Assembly (NCBI GenBank): GCA_903860085.1
Contig: CAIOPD010000071.1
Location: 1 to 55,958, forward strand
Source: an uncultured Pseudomonadota bacterium
Lineage (GTDB): Bacteria; Pseudomonadota; Gammaproteobacteria; Burkholderiales; Methylophilaceae
Reading direction: 5' to 3'
DNA length: 55,958 nt
Numbering within the stretch: the first letter of the stretch is position 1; each line of letters opens with the position of its first letter. Below, in pieces: positions 31,326 to 41,592 of this stretch. The position numbers and the translations under genes are program-made. Under the pieces are notes generated by a model. That model was not told where the DNA came from. It was given only the letters and a program-made list of their open reading frames with translations, and did no database searches.

Positions 31326-32639
31326 TTACCCTTTTATTTTAATACCGAGCTGCTTGAGTTTACGATATAAATGTGTGCGCTCAAGGCCGGCAATTTCAGC
31401 AAGTTTGCTCATGTTATGCAGCGCCGCTTGCATATGATATTCAAAGTACAAACGCTCAAATTCATCACGAGCTTCGCGTAAAGGTTGATCTAAACTCAGG
31501 CCAGAAGTTGCAACTCCAGATTTAGGCGCTGCACTCCGTCGCTCTTCACTACTCTCTGACCATTGCTTAGCATCATCAAATTGATGCACGACACGCTTCA
31601 CATCTTCTAGGCTAATTTTCTTACCTAAACTAGTTTGAATCAGGTTACGAACCACAGCATCAAGCTGGGCTAAATCACCTGGCCAATCAGCATTACGTAG
31701 ACTGTTTAAAGCTGCAATATCAAACTCCCGGTACTCCATATCAGCAAGTTCAAACTGTAAGTTAGCAATAGAAACAACCAAATCAGGAATATCTTCTTTA
31801 TGCTCATCAAGCGCAGGTATGCGTAGTGATACTGCTGACAACGCTTGCAATAAATTGTGATCAAATAAGCCGTCTGCTTGCAGTTTTGGTAAATTCTCGC
31901 TAGTGCCACAAACTACGCGCACATTGTACTTATCCGCTTTTGCAATAAGCAATAACAACCCTTTTTGCTCAGTTTTATTCAGCTCTGTTAGCTCTGTAAT
32001 ATAGAGCAAGCCATCACGTACTGCTTCTAAAATATCCAAAGGCGCAGACGCCAATCGATTGAGTTCAGTTAGTTGCAACCAAGGGGTATTTGGGGTTTGC
32101 AAAAAGCGGGCGCACAACTCGGCACCACTACCTTTAGGGCCAATTAACAATACCGGACTTGGACTGAGGCTTGAGCTGGCTGCAATCTTATCTAAACGGT
32201 CCTTCAATGCCATTACTATCGGACTTTTACCTAAGCTCGCCAAATTCATCTCTGATTTTGGTAACTGCTCTCCATGCTTTAAAGCTTCACCAACTGTCTT
32301 TAACAGCTTCTGTAGCGCGATTGGCTTTTCCAAAAAGTCAAAAGCCCCTATACGCGTCGCCTCGACAGCCGTATCTATCGTGCCATGGCCAGACATCATG
32401 ACCACCGGCATAGTAAGCAGGCCACCGCTACCCCACTCTTTTAGTAGCGTTATGCCATCACAATCTGGCATCCAAATATCCAACAACACAATATCTGGCC
32501 GCTCATGCAGACGTGCTGCACGCGCTGCTGCTGCATTTTCAGCCAACTCTACGTGATAGCCTTCGTCTTGCAATATGTCGCGCAATAGTTCGCGTATGCC
32601 TATTTCATCGTCAACTACCAATATACGTTTTGAAGCCAT
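31326..32639 (-). CDS. NtrX-like response regulator (REC, degenerate AAA+, Fis HTH)
   Basis: VVDDE, LLDIWMP, MSGHG, EKP, LERTHLYRKLK. Confidence 0.88.
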   Translation of the reverse strand: MASKRILVVDDEIGIRELLRDILQDEGYHVELAENAAAARAARLHERPDIVLLDIWMPDCDGITLLKEWGSGGLLTMPVVMMSGHGTIDTAVEATRIGAFDFLEKPIALQKLLKTVGEALKHGEQLPKSEMNLASLGKSPIVMALKDRLDKIAASSSLSPSPVLLIGPKGSGAELCARFLQTPNTPWLQLTELNRLASAPLDILEAVRDGLLYITELTELNKTEQKGLLLLIAKADKYNVRVVCGTSENLPKLQADGLFDHNLLQALSAVSLRIPALDEHKEDIPDLVVSIANLQFELADMEYREFDIAALNSLRNADWPGDLAQLDAVVRNLIQTSLGKKISLEDVKRVVHQFDDAKQWSESSEERRSAAPKSGVATSGLSLDQPLREARDEFERLYFEYHMQAALHNMSKLAEIAGLERTHLYRKLKQLGIKIKG

Positions 32640-32676
32640 GTGTTTTATCTTTTAATGTTTATACAGTCAATGTTGG

Positions 32677-34845
32677 TTAAGCTGCATTGTCAATCAACAG
32701 TGGAATGCTAATTGTCACAATAGCGCCACTTGCATTTGCAAGGTTATTTTGGTCTGTAGTCAATTTGGATAGATTTTCAATCTTAATGCTACCCTTATGT
32801 TCGTCAATAATTTTCTTGACGATAGCCAAACCAAGACCAGTACCGTGAGGTTTTGTGGTGATATAAGGTTCAAAAATATGCGACATCATCTCGGCTGGGA
32901 ACCCGCTGCCATTATCTTTTACCGATAACACAAGCATGCCATTCATCACTTCTGTCTTCACTGAAATGATGGGTTGTGCATGCTGAGCAAGAGCGTCTTG
33001 CGCATTTTGTAATAAATTATGAATCACTTGTCTTAGCATAGTGCTATCACCTTCTATGCTGCCAGCTTTCTTAGCTAAAGAAAGTTCTATCTGAATACCA
33101 GTCAGTTCGTAAAGAGAGATCACCTCATGAATTAATGCATTTAAGTCTAAGCGCTCTAATTTCGGTGCGGGAGAGCGTGCATATTCACTGAATTCATTGA
33201 CCATCCGCTTCATCGCATCCACTTGATTGACGATAGTTTCGGTGGAACGTTTTAATATTTCTGCATCGGATGCATCTAACTTTCCCAGAAATTTATGTGC
33301 AATACGTTCTGCGGATAATTGAATTGGGGTCAATGGATTTTTGATTTCATGTGCCAATCGCCTAGCCACTTCGCCCCAAGCTGCATCACGTTGCGCCTGC
33401 ACCATGGTAGTAGCATCATCAAACACAGCAACATACCCTCCATCTGGCAACCGCGTACCGCGTAAGGTTAAAATTTGCTTACCTTGCGCATTTACTAATT
33501 CAATTTGCGTTTGCGCCTCATCTTTTTGGCTATTCCTATTCTCTATGTCCTGCTGACTATGCAATTTAATCGCCTGCAAAAACTCAGATAGCTGCGGCTG
33601 CTTCGTCATGACTTTCGCCAAGCTAAACCCAACGTAACGCTCCAACTCTACACCTAGAATATTGGCCGCAGCTTGGTTAAAAGTGCGTAACTCACCATGC
33701 TCATTGAGTGCCATTACACCAGAAGACAAATGCGCGAGTATGGTTTCTAGATAACCTCGTGCGGCCTCAACTCGATCGCGATTACTGTCCGCGGCTTTAG
33801 TCGCATCGCTTAATTGACGCGTCATACTATTAAACGAGGCAACCAACACCCCTAGCTCATCTTTACCATGTTCAGGTAGGACTATGCTGTAGTCGCCACT
33901 AGCGATTGCTTTGGTGCCCTCAGCAAGCACCGTGAGCGGCGCTGATAATCGACGACTCAGTACAAAGGCAATCGCAACGGCACTAAGCATCGCCAACATC
34001 ATCACCAAGGTTAAGGTTAGCGCAAAGACCTCGCGTAATGAAGCCCTGCTATAGGAAAGCTTTTGATAATCCTGATACACATCCTGCACTGCTTCTGCAG
34101 TAGCGGCAAGCGTCTTGGGCACAGGTTGCAACAATTGCAAAATTGTTGTTTCTCCAGCGAGGTCTTGCACCGCCACTGGCACTAACACCCTTAAATACAA
34201 ACCTTTTTTACCTAGCGGCTCAATACTGCCTACAATATGCTGCCGCGCTTGTCTAAGTTGAGTCACACTTGGCAGTTCTGGCAAAAAACTACTAGAGTCA
34301 CTGCTCGATACAGCCAAAATTCTTCCTTGCAATGTAAGTAATGTAGCGTCCTGTATGCCACTTTTTTCACGCAGATCATTGAGCAGAGAGAAATGAGTAT
34401 TGGTTGGCTGAAATGCAAGGCTTGTCGCCATGCTTTCACCTTTTTCTTTCACATCAGCCAACATAACATCCAAAGCCGTACGACCTAAATTAAGCCCACC
34501 CTCTAACGCAGCCTCAACCTTAACGTTAAACCAAGATTCAATTGAGCGCGTTAAAAAATTTACCGATACTAGGTATACGATTAAGCCAGGAATAATTGCC
34601 ATAAGTGCAAAGGTAGTCAGTAGTCGCATGGTGAAGCGACTACCCATCACGCGCTGACGGATTTTTTTATAGATGCCGAATAGTTGAAGCGCAATCAATA
34701 GCACAAGAAAAACTGCTAAGACTATATTGAGGGTGACTAGCAAGGTATAGTATTCGCCAGATGCCGCAGTATTGGCGCTGGAATTTGAGAGTAGATAAAG
34801 TAAGAACGCGCCTAAAGCAGTGCTAACAAATACGATGTATCTCAT
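32677..34845 (-). CDS. NtrY-like sensor histidine kinase (HAMP, PAS, HisKA)
   Basis: SIESWF, AWGEVARRLAHEIKNPLTPIQL, GTGLGL. Confidence 0.9.
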   Translation of the reverse strand: MRYIVFVSTALGAFLLYLLSNSSANTAASGEYYTLLVTLNIVLAVFLVLLIALQLFGIYKKIRQRVMGSRFTMRLLTTFALMAIIPGLIVYLVSVNFLTRSIESWFNVKVEAALEGGLNLGRTALDVMLADVKEKGESMATSLAFQPTNTHFSLLNDLREKSGIQDATLLTLQGRILAVSSSDSSSFLPELPSVTQLRQARQHIVGSIEPLGKKGLYLRVLVPVAVQDLAGETTILQLLQPVPKTLAATAEAVQDVYQDYQKLSYSRASLREVFALTLTLVMMLAMLSAVAIAFVLSRRLSAPLTVLAEGTKAIASGDYSIVLPEHGKDELGVLVASFNSMTRQLSDATKAADSNRDRVEAARGYLETILAHLSSGVMALNEHGELRTFNQAAANILGVELERYVGFSLAKVMTKQPQLSEFLQAIKLHSQQDIENRNSQKDEAQTQIELVNAQGKQILTLRGTRLPDGGYVAVFDDATTMVQAQRDAAWGEVARRLAHEIKNPLTPIQLSAERIAHKFLGKLDASDAEILKRSTETIVNQVDAMKRMVNEFSEYARSPAPKLERLDLNALIHEVISLYELTGIQIELSLAKKAGSIEGDSTMLRQVIHNLLQNAQDALAQHAQPIISVKTEVMNGMLVLSVKDNGSGFPAEMMSHIFEPYITTKPHGTGLGLAIVKKIIDEHKGSIKIENLSKLTTDQNNLANASGAIVTISIPLLIDNAA

Positions 34846-35426
34846 TATTTAGATTCTGATTTTAGTAAGCTTGGTGACCATTCAAAGCGTTGCGAACTCA
34901 TTTTCCAATCATTGCTACCTAGTGCATCTACTTGCAATGATTTTGGCAGCTTCTTATGGTCCAGGCGCATCAATAAAATGGCGCGATATATCAGCCCTTT
35001 ATCCAGCTCGGATTTTTGCATCACTTTTAAATCTCGCACCGTAGCCAAATCCTGTTGGGCTTCCGCTAGTGTGGCAAAGGTTTTTTGCTGATCGCCTCGT
35101 ATCACTAAATACTGACGGGATAGCGCGTGGTAGCTCAAAACAATTCTTTGTGAAACCGTTTTTATTTCATCATCAAACCAATATTTTCGCGGCGTCACTA
35201 ATTGAAATTCAATTAAAAAATTAAGCTCGAAACCTTTATTGACCGCCTGCTCCACTTCTTCCGTAAACTTCACATCTACATCAGCATTAAGTACGTAGTC
35301 GTCCTCGAGCGCGACTAGATCTGCGCTTCTTATATTTAAACTACTACTGGCGGCGTTGGCGCTGGTGGCTAGGAAGGCCAACAGGCAAATGCACAAAAGT
35401 TGTTTAGTTTTTTTGTAGCAATGCAT
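34845..35426 (-). CDS. DUF4390 periplasmic protein
   Basis: Signal peptide, YWFD, LSYHALSRQY, LPKSLQ; rsmB-DUF4390-ntrY-ntrX order. Start 35426 or 35441. Confidence 0.8.
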   Translation of the reverse strand: MHCYKKTKQLLCICLLAFLATSANAASSSLNIRSADLVALEDDYVLNADVDVKFTEEVEQAVNKGFELNFLIEFQLVTPRKYWFDDEIKTVSQRIVLSYHALSRQYLVIRGDQQKTFATLAEAQQDLATVRDLKVMQKSELDKGLIYRAILLMRLDHKKLPKSLQVDALGSNDWKMSSQRFEWSPSLLKSESK

Positions 35427-36708
35427 AAAAAAAGCCGTCATGAGCTGTTGAAGGAATAAGCTGTCCATTAATGTTCGTAATACTACTTTGGGGATGGCCA
35501 ATTGGAAGCTCAAATGGTATTTGCTTGGCATCCGCATTATTTAACAAGAACTTGTCCACCTGCCCCTGATTTTCTTCATTAAAAATTGAACAAGTTACAT
35601 AGAGCAATTTACCACCCTTTGCCAACATCTGCCATAAACTCGGTAGAATTTTCGCTTGTTGCGCAGCAAAAGAAGGAATATCAGCCTCTCGACGTAACCA
35701 TTTAATATCAACATGACGGCGCACGATGCCGGAAGCCGTACAAGGCACATCAGCCAAAATTCTATCAAATACCACGCCGTCCCACCAACTAGCAGAGCCA
35801 GCATCACCCACAATTAAATTAGACCTTAATTGCAGGCGATCTAGATTACTTTGCACCCGCTGCAGGCGAGCCTCATCGCTATCAAGTGAAGTCATGTTCA
35901 CGTTGGCTAACTCAAGTATATGCCCAGTTTTTCCGCCAGGAGCGCAACAAGCATCCAGAACACGCGAATTGACTTCTAAATCTAATAAGTGTGCCGCAAG
36001 TTGTGCTCCATAGTCTTGCACAGAAACAATACCGTCAGTAAAACCAGGAATTTTTTCTACCGATTGTGGACGACTTAAAGTCACAGCCTGAGGGCCAATC
36101 ACACTAGACTCTATGTCTTGGCGCGTTAATAATTGGATGTAATCGTTAATACTAATTTTTTTTGTATTAACGCGTAAGGTCATCGGTGGATGCTGATTGC
36201 CAGTTTCTAATATGCCCTGCCAATGCTGAGGATACTGAATTTTGAGTTTGTTAATCCACCACTGCGGATAAGAGTAAGTTGCGACTTCGCTAGTTTTTAA
36301 TGCGCCCGCCAACTGCTCTTTTTGGCGTAAAAAATTACGCAAAATCGCATTGACCAAACCTTTTGCCCAGCTTTTGGCTGCTGGTCTTTTTAGCTCACTA
36401 ACCGCATGTACAGCTTGATTGACAACGGTAAATGCATCGGCTTTATCATGCAACAGTTGAAAAACTGCCACCAACAGCAAAGCATGTATACGGTCATCGG
36501 TGAGCTGTTTTTCTAAAAGCTGAGTTAAGTAAGCTTCAATTTCACCATAAAAGCGCAATGTGCCATAACTTAGATCTTGAGCGGCGCCACGTTGCTGTGG
36601 TGTGGCATCAGGAAACGCGGCAAGAGCAGCGGGTAACGCTAAGGTTAAGTTGCGTCCAGACAAGACTTGGTTAACAGCATTGGCGGCGATTTGTTGGGAT
36701 ATATACAA
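35404..36708 (-). CDS. rsmB: 16S rRNA m5C967 methyltransferase
   Basis: NusB-like N-terminus, VQDYGAQ, DACCAPGGKT, DVPCTASG, HDGFFYA; follows fmt. Confidence 0.95.
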   Translation of the reverse strand: MYISQQIAANAVNQVLSGRNLTLALPAALAAFPDATPQQRGAAQDLSYGTLRFYGEIEAYLTQLLEKQLTDDRIHALLLVAVFQLLHDKADAFTVVNQAVHAVSELKRPAAKSWAKGLVNAILRNFLRQKEQLAGALKTSEVATYSYPQWWINKLKIQYPQHWQGILETGNQHPPMTLRVNTKKISINDYIQLLTRQDIESSVIGPQAVTLSRPQSVEKIPGFTDGIVSVQDYGAQLAAHLLDLEVNSRVLDACCAPGGKTGHILELANVNMTSLDSDEARLQRVQSNLDRLQLRSNLIVGDAGSASWWDGVVFDRILADVPCTASGIVRRHVDIKWLRREADIPSFAAQQAKILPSLWQMLAKGGKLLYVTCSIFNEENQGQVDKFLLNNADAKQIPFELPIGHPQSSITNINGQLIPSTAHDGFFYALLQKN

Positions 36709-36791
36709 AGAGAACTTTCTTAAAAATGAATACCTATTGGTTAGGTGTTGATTTTACTTGATAAGTTGATCGCTTGGTTTTTTATGCTGAG

Positions 36792-37724
36792 TTAGCCTGC
36801 AGCAGTAAATATATCGCCTACAGCTAAATTTCGGCTTTGCACAAAGACTTCTGCGTCTAGACGCTTGGCTCCGGGTGCTTGTAGCTCCGTAATTCTCAAC
36901 AAACCATCGCCACAACCAACCAAAATGCCGGAATCAATCGCAACAACTTCACCGGGCTCGCCATGACCAGACTCTGCGACCGCCATCCAAATACGACAAA
37001 CCTCTCCCTTGAGCTGGCTTTGGGCGACTGGAAAAGGATTAAACGCACGCACTTGGCGTGATATTTCAGTCGCACTTTTATGCCAATCAATCGCAGCTTC
37101 AGATTTATCTAACTTATGTGCATAGGTCACCAAAGACTCATCCTGCGGCGTGGCAGGCAGTTTTCCAGTTTTCTCTAAAGTTGCTATAGCCTCTACCATG
37201 AGCTTGGCGCCAACTAAACTTAAGGCATCATGTAAAATCTGCGTAGTGTCTGTGTTAGTAATCGCAACTACGCCTCGACTCACCATGGCGCCAGCATCCA
37301 AGGCCGGCACGACCTCCATAATAGTCACACCAGTTTCGATGTCGCCAGCTAATATTGATCGATGAATCGGCGCTGCACCACGCCAGCGCGGCAATAAAGA
37401 GGCGTGGATATTGTAACAACCAAAACGCGGCATATGCAGGATAACTGTGGGGATAATAAGACCATAGGCGGCAACAATCATCACATCAGCATGCGTCGCA
37501 GCAATTTGTTCTTGCACCTCAGCATCTTTCAAAGTGGCTGGCTGAAAGACTGTAATCTGGTGTTGCTCGGCTAATAATTTAACTGGACTGGCTTTTAGCT
37601 TCATACCGCGTCCGGCAGGCCGATCGGGTTGTGTAAGTACCATTACAATTTCATGTCCAGCAGCAATTAGGGCTGCTAGCGCAGGAACCGCGAACTCTGG
37701 CGTACCAGCAAAAATAATTTTCAA
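36792..37724 (-). CDS. fmt: Methionyl-tRNA formyltransferase
   Basis: FAGTPEFA, TQPDRP, NIHASLLPRWRGAAP. Confidence 0.98.
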   Translation of the reverse strand: MKIIFAGTPEFAVPALAALIAAGHEIVMVLTQPDRPAGRGMKLKASPVKLLAEQHQITVFQPATLKDAEVQEQIAATHADVMIVAAYGLIIPTVILHMPRFGCYNIHASLLPRWRGAAPIHRSILAGDIETGVTIMEVVPALDAGAMVSRGVVAITNTDTTQILHDALSLVGAKLMVEAIATLEKTGKLPATPQDESLVTYAHKLDKSEAAIDWHKSATEISRQVRAFNPFPVAQSQLKGEVCRIWMAVAESGHGEPGEVVAIDSGILVGCGDGLLRITELQAPGAKRLDAEVFVQSRNLAVGDIFTAAG

Positions 37725-37733
37725 GTACGATCC

Positions 37734-38264
37734 TTAAATATTGTTGTGGTGTTGTTTTGTAGGTTCATTATCACGAAGCTGCTTAAGCATTTTACTTTTA
37801 ATACGATTGCGTTTAAGCGGAGATAAATACTCCACAAAGACTCTTCCCAATAAATGGTCTATTTCATGTTGGATACAGACGCTCAATAAACCATGTGCTT
37901 TCAATGTGAATTTTTGACCTTCATGGTTGAGGGCTTCAACTGTCACTTTCTCCGCCCTTGTTACATTTTCATAGATTCCGGGCACAGATAAGCAACCCTC
38001 TTCATAATCTTGCTCACCACTACTAGCAATAATTTTAGGGTTAATAAACACCTGTAATTTATCTTTTGTCTCACTTGTGTCAATAATGAGTAATTGGATA
38101 TGCGCATTAACCTGCGTTGCTGCCAAGCCTATGCCTGGCGCATCGTACATGGTCTCTGCCATATCGTTGATTAATTGACGAATTTTTGCATCCACTTCTA
38201 TTACTGGTTTAGCTACCGTATGTAGGCGCGGGTCTGGATAATTAAGAATATTTAAAATTGCCAT
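37734..38264 (-). CDS. def: Peptide deformylase
   Basis: [20 protein letters not shown]. Confidence 0.98.
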   Translation of the reverse strand: MAILNILNYPDPRLHTVAKPVIEVDAKIRQLINDMAETMYDAPGIGLAATQVNAHIQLLIIDTSETKDKLQVFINPKIIASSGEQDYEEGCLSVPGIYENVTRAEKVTVEALNHEGQKFTLKAHGLLSVCIQHEIDHLLGRVFVEYLSPLKRNRIKSKMLKQLRDNEPTKQHHNNI

Positions 38265-38372
38265 ATGTACTCTATTTATTTCTTTAAAAATTTTATAAGC
38301 GAATTAATAACGTGATAAATTTCACTCAATAATACCGTTTTGCCACACATGTTTAACTAAGGCTATCGACAT

Positions 38373-38600
38373 ATGTATATCCACATTATAGCGCTGCTCA
38401 TGTTTTGTTGCATAAGCTTTGGCGCTTATGCAGGAGAAGACCGCCTTAAAAATGAGCATGAATATCGCCACTTGGCGACCAAAGATGATGTCTTGCTGGG
38501 AATATTAGTTAACTGCCTTGATAGTTCTTTGCCATGGTGTAAAGTGGTGGAGTTAAATCACATCCAAACTAAAAATCTACATTTAATTTCCACTATATGA
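38373..38600 (+). pseudogene. Truncated, degenerate LysM/TsaP-like gene relic
   Basis: Signal peptide then KDDVLLGI...W...N...KNLHLI, matching the LysM pattern KGDTLWGI...W...N..IKNPHLI; lies between def and dprA; only 75 aa. Confidence 0.7.
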
Positions 38601-39547
38601 ATATTAACAAAAGCGAGGATCTCGCAGAGAAAACCTTGTGGATTGGCTTAAGTAAAATCGATGGTTTAGGTGCGCAAACCTTTTGTGAACTGCTCAAAGT
38701 GTTTGGCAATCCGCGTAATATTTATGCGGCAAGTTTCCAGCAATTAAAAGCTGTAGTTGCCGATCATATTGCTACTGAGATTAGCCGCGGTGTAAATGAA
38801 GAGACTTTGGCAGAATCTATGCGATGGTTGTCGCTAGAGAATAATTTTCTAGTGACCTTAGCCGACTCACACTACCCAAAATCACTACTTGAAATAACTG
38901 ACCCACCCCCAGTTCTCTATGCCAAAGGCAAGTTGGAGCTTTTAAACCAACCTAGCATCGCTATCGTTGGCAGTCGCAACGCTACGACACAAGGTAAAGA
39001 AAATGCGGAAGCTTTTGCCAAAGGCCTTTCTAGCTTCGGCCTTTGCATCGTAAGTGGTTTGGCGTTAGGTATCGATGGCGCGGCACATCGTGGCGCAATG
39101 CAAGCCAACGGATCTACCATCGCTGTAACTGCTACCGGCTTAGATATTGTTTACCCATCCAAGCACCTTGATTTAGCTCACCAAATAGCTAAACATGGAC
39201 TGCTAATCTCAGAGTTCGCTTTGGGCGAAACATCAAAACCACAAAACTTTCCAAGACGGAATCGTTTGATTAGCGGTCTAAGCCTAGGCTGTTTAGTAGT
39301 TGAAGCCAGTCTGCAAAGTGGTTCACAAATCACAGCCCGACTAGCTACAGAACAGGGCCGTGAAGTATTTGTAATTCCAGGCTCCATCCATTCTCCTACT
39401 TCAAAAGGTTGCCATCAATTAATAAAGCAAGGCGCCAAACTGGTGGATAACCTGCAAGATATTATTGAAGATCTCAATTTATCGCATTTAAGTTTGATGC
39501 AAACAAATGCCATAGAGACTCCAACTGACGACAAATTGAACAGCTAG
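38597..39547 (+). CDS. dprA: DNA-processing protein DprA, C-terminally truncated
   Basis: AIVGSR, SGLALGIDG, FPRRNRLISG, GREVFVIPG, GCHQLIKQGA. Confidence 0.93.
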   Translation: MNINKSEDLAEKTLWIGLSKIDGLGAQTFCELLKVFGNPRNIYAASFQQLKAVVADHIATEISRGVNEETLAESMRWLSLENNFLVTLADSHYPKSLLEITDPPPVLYAKGKLELLNQPSIAIVGSRNATTQGKENAEAFAKGLSSFGLCIVSGLALGIDGAAHRGAMQANGSTIAVTATGLDIVYPSKHLDLAHQIAKHGLLISEFALGETSKPQNFPRRNRLISGLSLGCLVVEASLQSGSQITARLATEQGREVFVIPGSIHSPTSKGCHQLIKQGAKLVDNLQDIIEDLNLSHLSLMQTNAIETPTDDKLNS

Positions 39548-39703
39548 CTTATGACGCCTATGGGCGATGAACAAATTTGGTTGGCAACTAATTGCTGCTA
39601 AGCCGCTTGACGGTGAGCGAAGTTTGATCCATGCTAAGGTTACATGAATTTATAGGGAGTATCGCTAGCCTAAAAGGGCGGACAATATCAAAAGATTATG
39701 TAG
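39548..39703 (+). pseudogene. Decayed DprA C-terminal winged-helix coding remnant
   Basis: Pieces LMTPMGDE, SRLTVSEV*SMLRLHEFIGSIASL and GGQYQKIM* lie in shifting frames right after the dprA stop. Confidence 0.75.
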
Positions 39704-39817
39704 TTAGATTTGCAATACAGAATGCTTCATATTCTGTCATTTAAGCACTATGCATAAACCATCACACTTAATTTAAAAGTACTTTATTCAAAAATATTTT
39801 ATTTAAGGATACAAGCT

Positions 39818-40291
39818 ATGTTTGAAGTATTGGTTTATATGTTTGAAAACTACATTGATACCCATTTTAGACCTGACGAAAGTACGCTTTCGAGCGAATT
39901 GTTTGCCGCAGGATTTGATGAGCAAGATATTGACGGTGCATTTAATTGGTTTAATCAGCTTGAGCTTATGGCTGACCAACCAGATATCTACGAAAAAGCC
40001 CACCATGTCAGCACCCGAATTTTTACCAACGATGAATTAAAAAAAATCAGTGGTGAAAGTATCGGTTTTGTTTTATTTTTGGTGCAAGCCAAGATACTCA
40101 ATACCACACAACGCGAGTTGGTGCTTGAACTAGCGATGAACTTACCCCAGCCAGAAATTGGCATTGAAGAGATGCGGTGGATTGTGCTGATGACCACTTG
40201 GGGAGCTAGCAAGTCTGGACCAGATAAAACAAAAGAATATTTGTTTATTGAAGACGCTTTGCTTAATAAACAAAAACCGACACTACATTAG
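39818..40291 (+). CDS. smg: Smg (DUF494) protein
   Basis: MFEVLVYMFENY, LFAAGF, RWIVLM; follows dprA. Confidence 0.92.
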   Translation: MFEVLVYMFENYIDTHFRPDESTLSSELFAAGFDEQDIDGAFNWFNQLELMADQPDIYEKAHHVSTRIFTNDELKKISGESIGFVLFLVQAKILNTTQRELVLELAMNLPQPEIGIEEMRWIVLMTTWGASKSGPDKTKEYLFIEDALLNKQKPTLH

Positions 40292-40371
40292 TAGCATCGG
40301 CTTTTATTCTTAACTTAAATTGTTGATACCCGTATAGGCTTGCGCAAAAACGTGTGGCTTTAGCGCAAGTC

Positions 40372-41202
40372 TTATTCGTTAATATTTTGAATAATGCTGC
40401 TGATAATTCCGGCTTGATTCAAGGTGTAAAAATGTAAACCTGGCACGCCAACGGCCTGCAAGGTCGCGCACAACTCGCTCACCACATCAACGCCAAACGA
40501 ACGCAGTGAAGCCATATCATCACCATACTCCTCTAGTCGCATTTTCAACCATCGCGGAATCTCAGCCCCACAAATATTAGAAAAACGCGCTAGTTGGGTA
40601 ATGTTATAAATGGGCATAATACCAGGCACAATAGGCACATCAATCCCTGCCGCTGCACATTGATCCATAAATCTAAAATAAGCGTCGGCATTATAGAAAT
40701 ACTGCGTAATCGCTGAGTTGGCTCCTGCATCAATCTTGCGCTTAAGATTAAATATATCGGCCGCTGGTGTTTTGGCTTCAGGATGAAATTCAGGATAGGC
40801 TGCCACTTCTAGATGAAAATGATTGCCAGTTTCCGCGCGAATGAATTCAACTAAATCGAGTGCATAACGAAAATCACCAACACACACTTCGCCTGAGGGC
40901 ACATCACCGCGCAAAGTCACTAAACGTTTAATGCCCTGCGCTTGATAGGCTTGTAATAACGCACGAATTTCAGCCTTGCTTGATGAAACGCACGAGATAT
41001 GTGGCGCAGCTGAAAAACCTTCTTGTTGAATTTCAAACACGGTTTCCATGGTGCGATCGCGCGTAGAGCCGCCAGCGCCAAAGGTAACGGAGAAAAACTC
41101 AGGTTTAAATTTTGCCAACTGAAGGCGCGTTTCACGTAGCTTCTCTACGCCTTCAGTCGTTTTAGGCGGGAAAAACTCGAAGCTAATCGGAGCTATTGTC
41201 AT
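40372..41202 (-). CDS. metF: 5,10-methylenetetrahydrofolate reductase
   Basis: SFEFFPP, VTFGAGG, LRGD, AAYPE, AITQ, HFYTLN. Confidence 0.97.
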   Translation of the reverse strand: MTIAPISFEFFPPKTTEGVEKLRETRLQLAKFKPEFFSVTFGAGGSTRDRTMETVFEIQQEGFSAAPHISCVSSSKAEIRALLQAYQAQGIKRLVTLRGDVPSGEVCVGDFRYALDLVEFIRAETGNHFHLEVAAYPEFHPEAKTPAADIFNLKRKIDAGANSAITQYFYNADAYFRFMDQCAAAGIDVPIVPGIMPIYNITQLARFSNICGAEIPRWLKMRLEEYGDDMASLRSFGVDVVSELCATLQAVGVPGLHFYTLNQAGIISSIIQNINE

Positions 41203-41205
41203 GTA

Positions 41206-41556
41206 TTAGTCTTTTTTATTATCAATAAAAATGGCTGCTAACAACCAGGAAATTACGCTATAAGCTAGTGCCCCTAAGATTCCAGCCGTCATGGTTTTGA
41301 CTTCAAAACCTACCAGCCAATTACCTACGGCATAAAAAAGTATCCCATTGATTACTAAGATAAATAGCCCTAGCGTCAAGATAGTAATTGGTAAAGTCAA
41401 AATCACTAAAATCGGCTTAATCAACATGTTGACGAAGCCGATTACCAAAGATGCAATTAATGCGGCACTGAACCCAGCCAGATGAATATTAGGAACAAAA
41501 TACGCCACCGCCAATAAGGCGAGAGCATTTAACATCCATATTACCAATAATTTCAT
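41206..41556 (-). CDS. YvlD/DUF360 'phage holin family' membrane protein
   Basis: IKPILVILTLPITILTLGLF motif. Confidence 0.88.
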   Translation of the reverse strand: MKLLVIWMLNALALLAVAYFVPNIHLAGFSAALIASLVIGFVNMLIKPILVILTLPITILTLGLFILVINGILFYAVGNWLVGFEVKTMTAGILGALAYSVISWLLAAIFIDNKKD

Positions 41557-41592
41557 GTGGCTAATCCTTTAACGCAATTGCCTGCACACCTA

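Noticed and set aside
41206-41556. 'Phage holin' as a sign of a prophage
   Set aside because: It is a DUF360 housekeeping membrane protein inside ahcY-metF, with no phage genes nearby.
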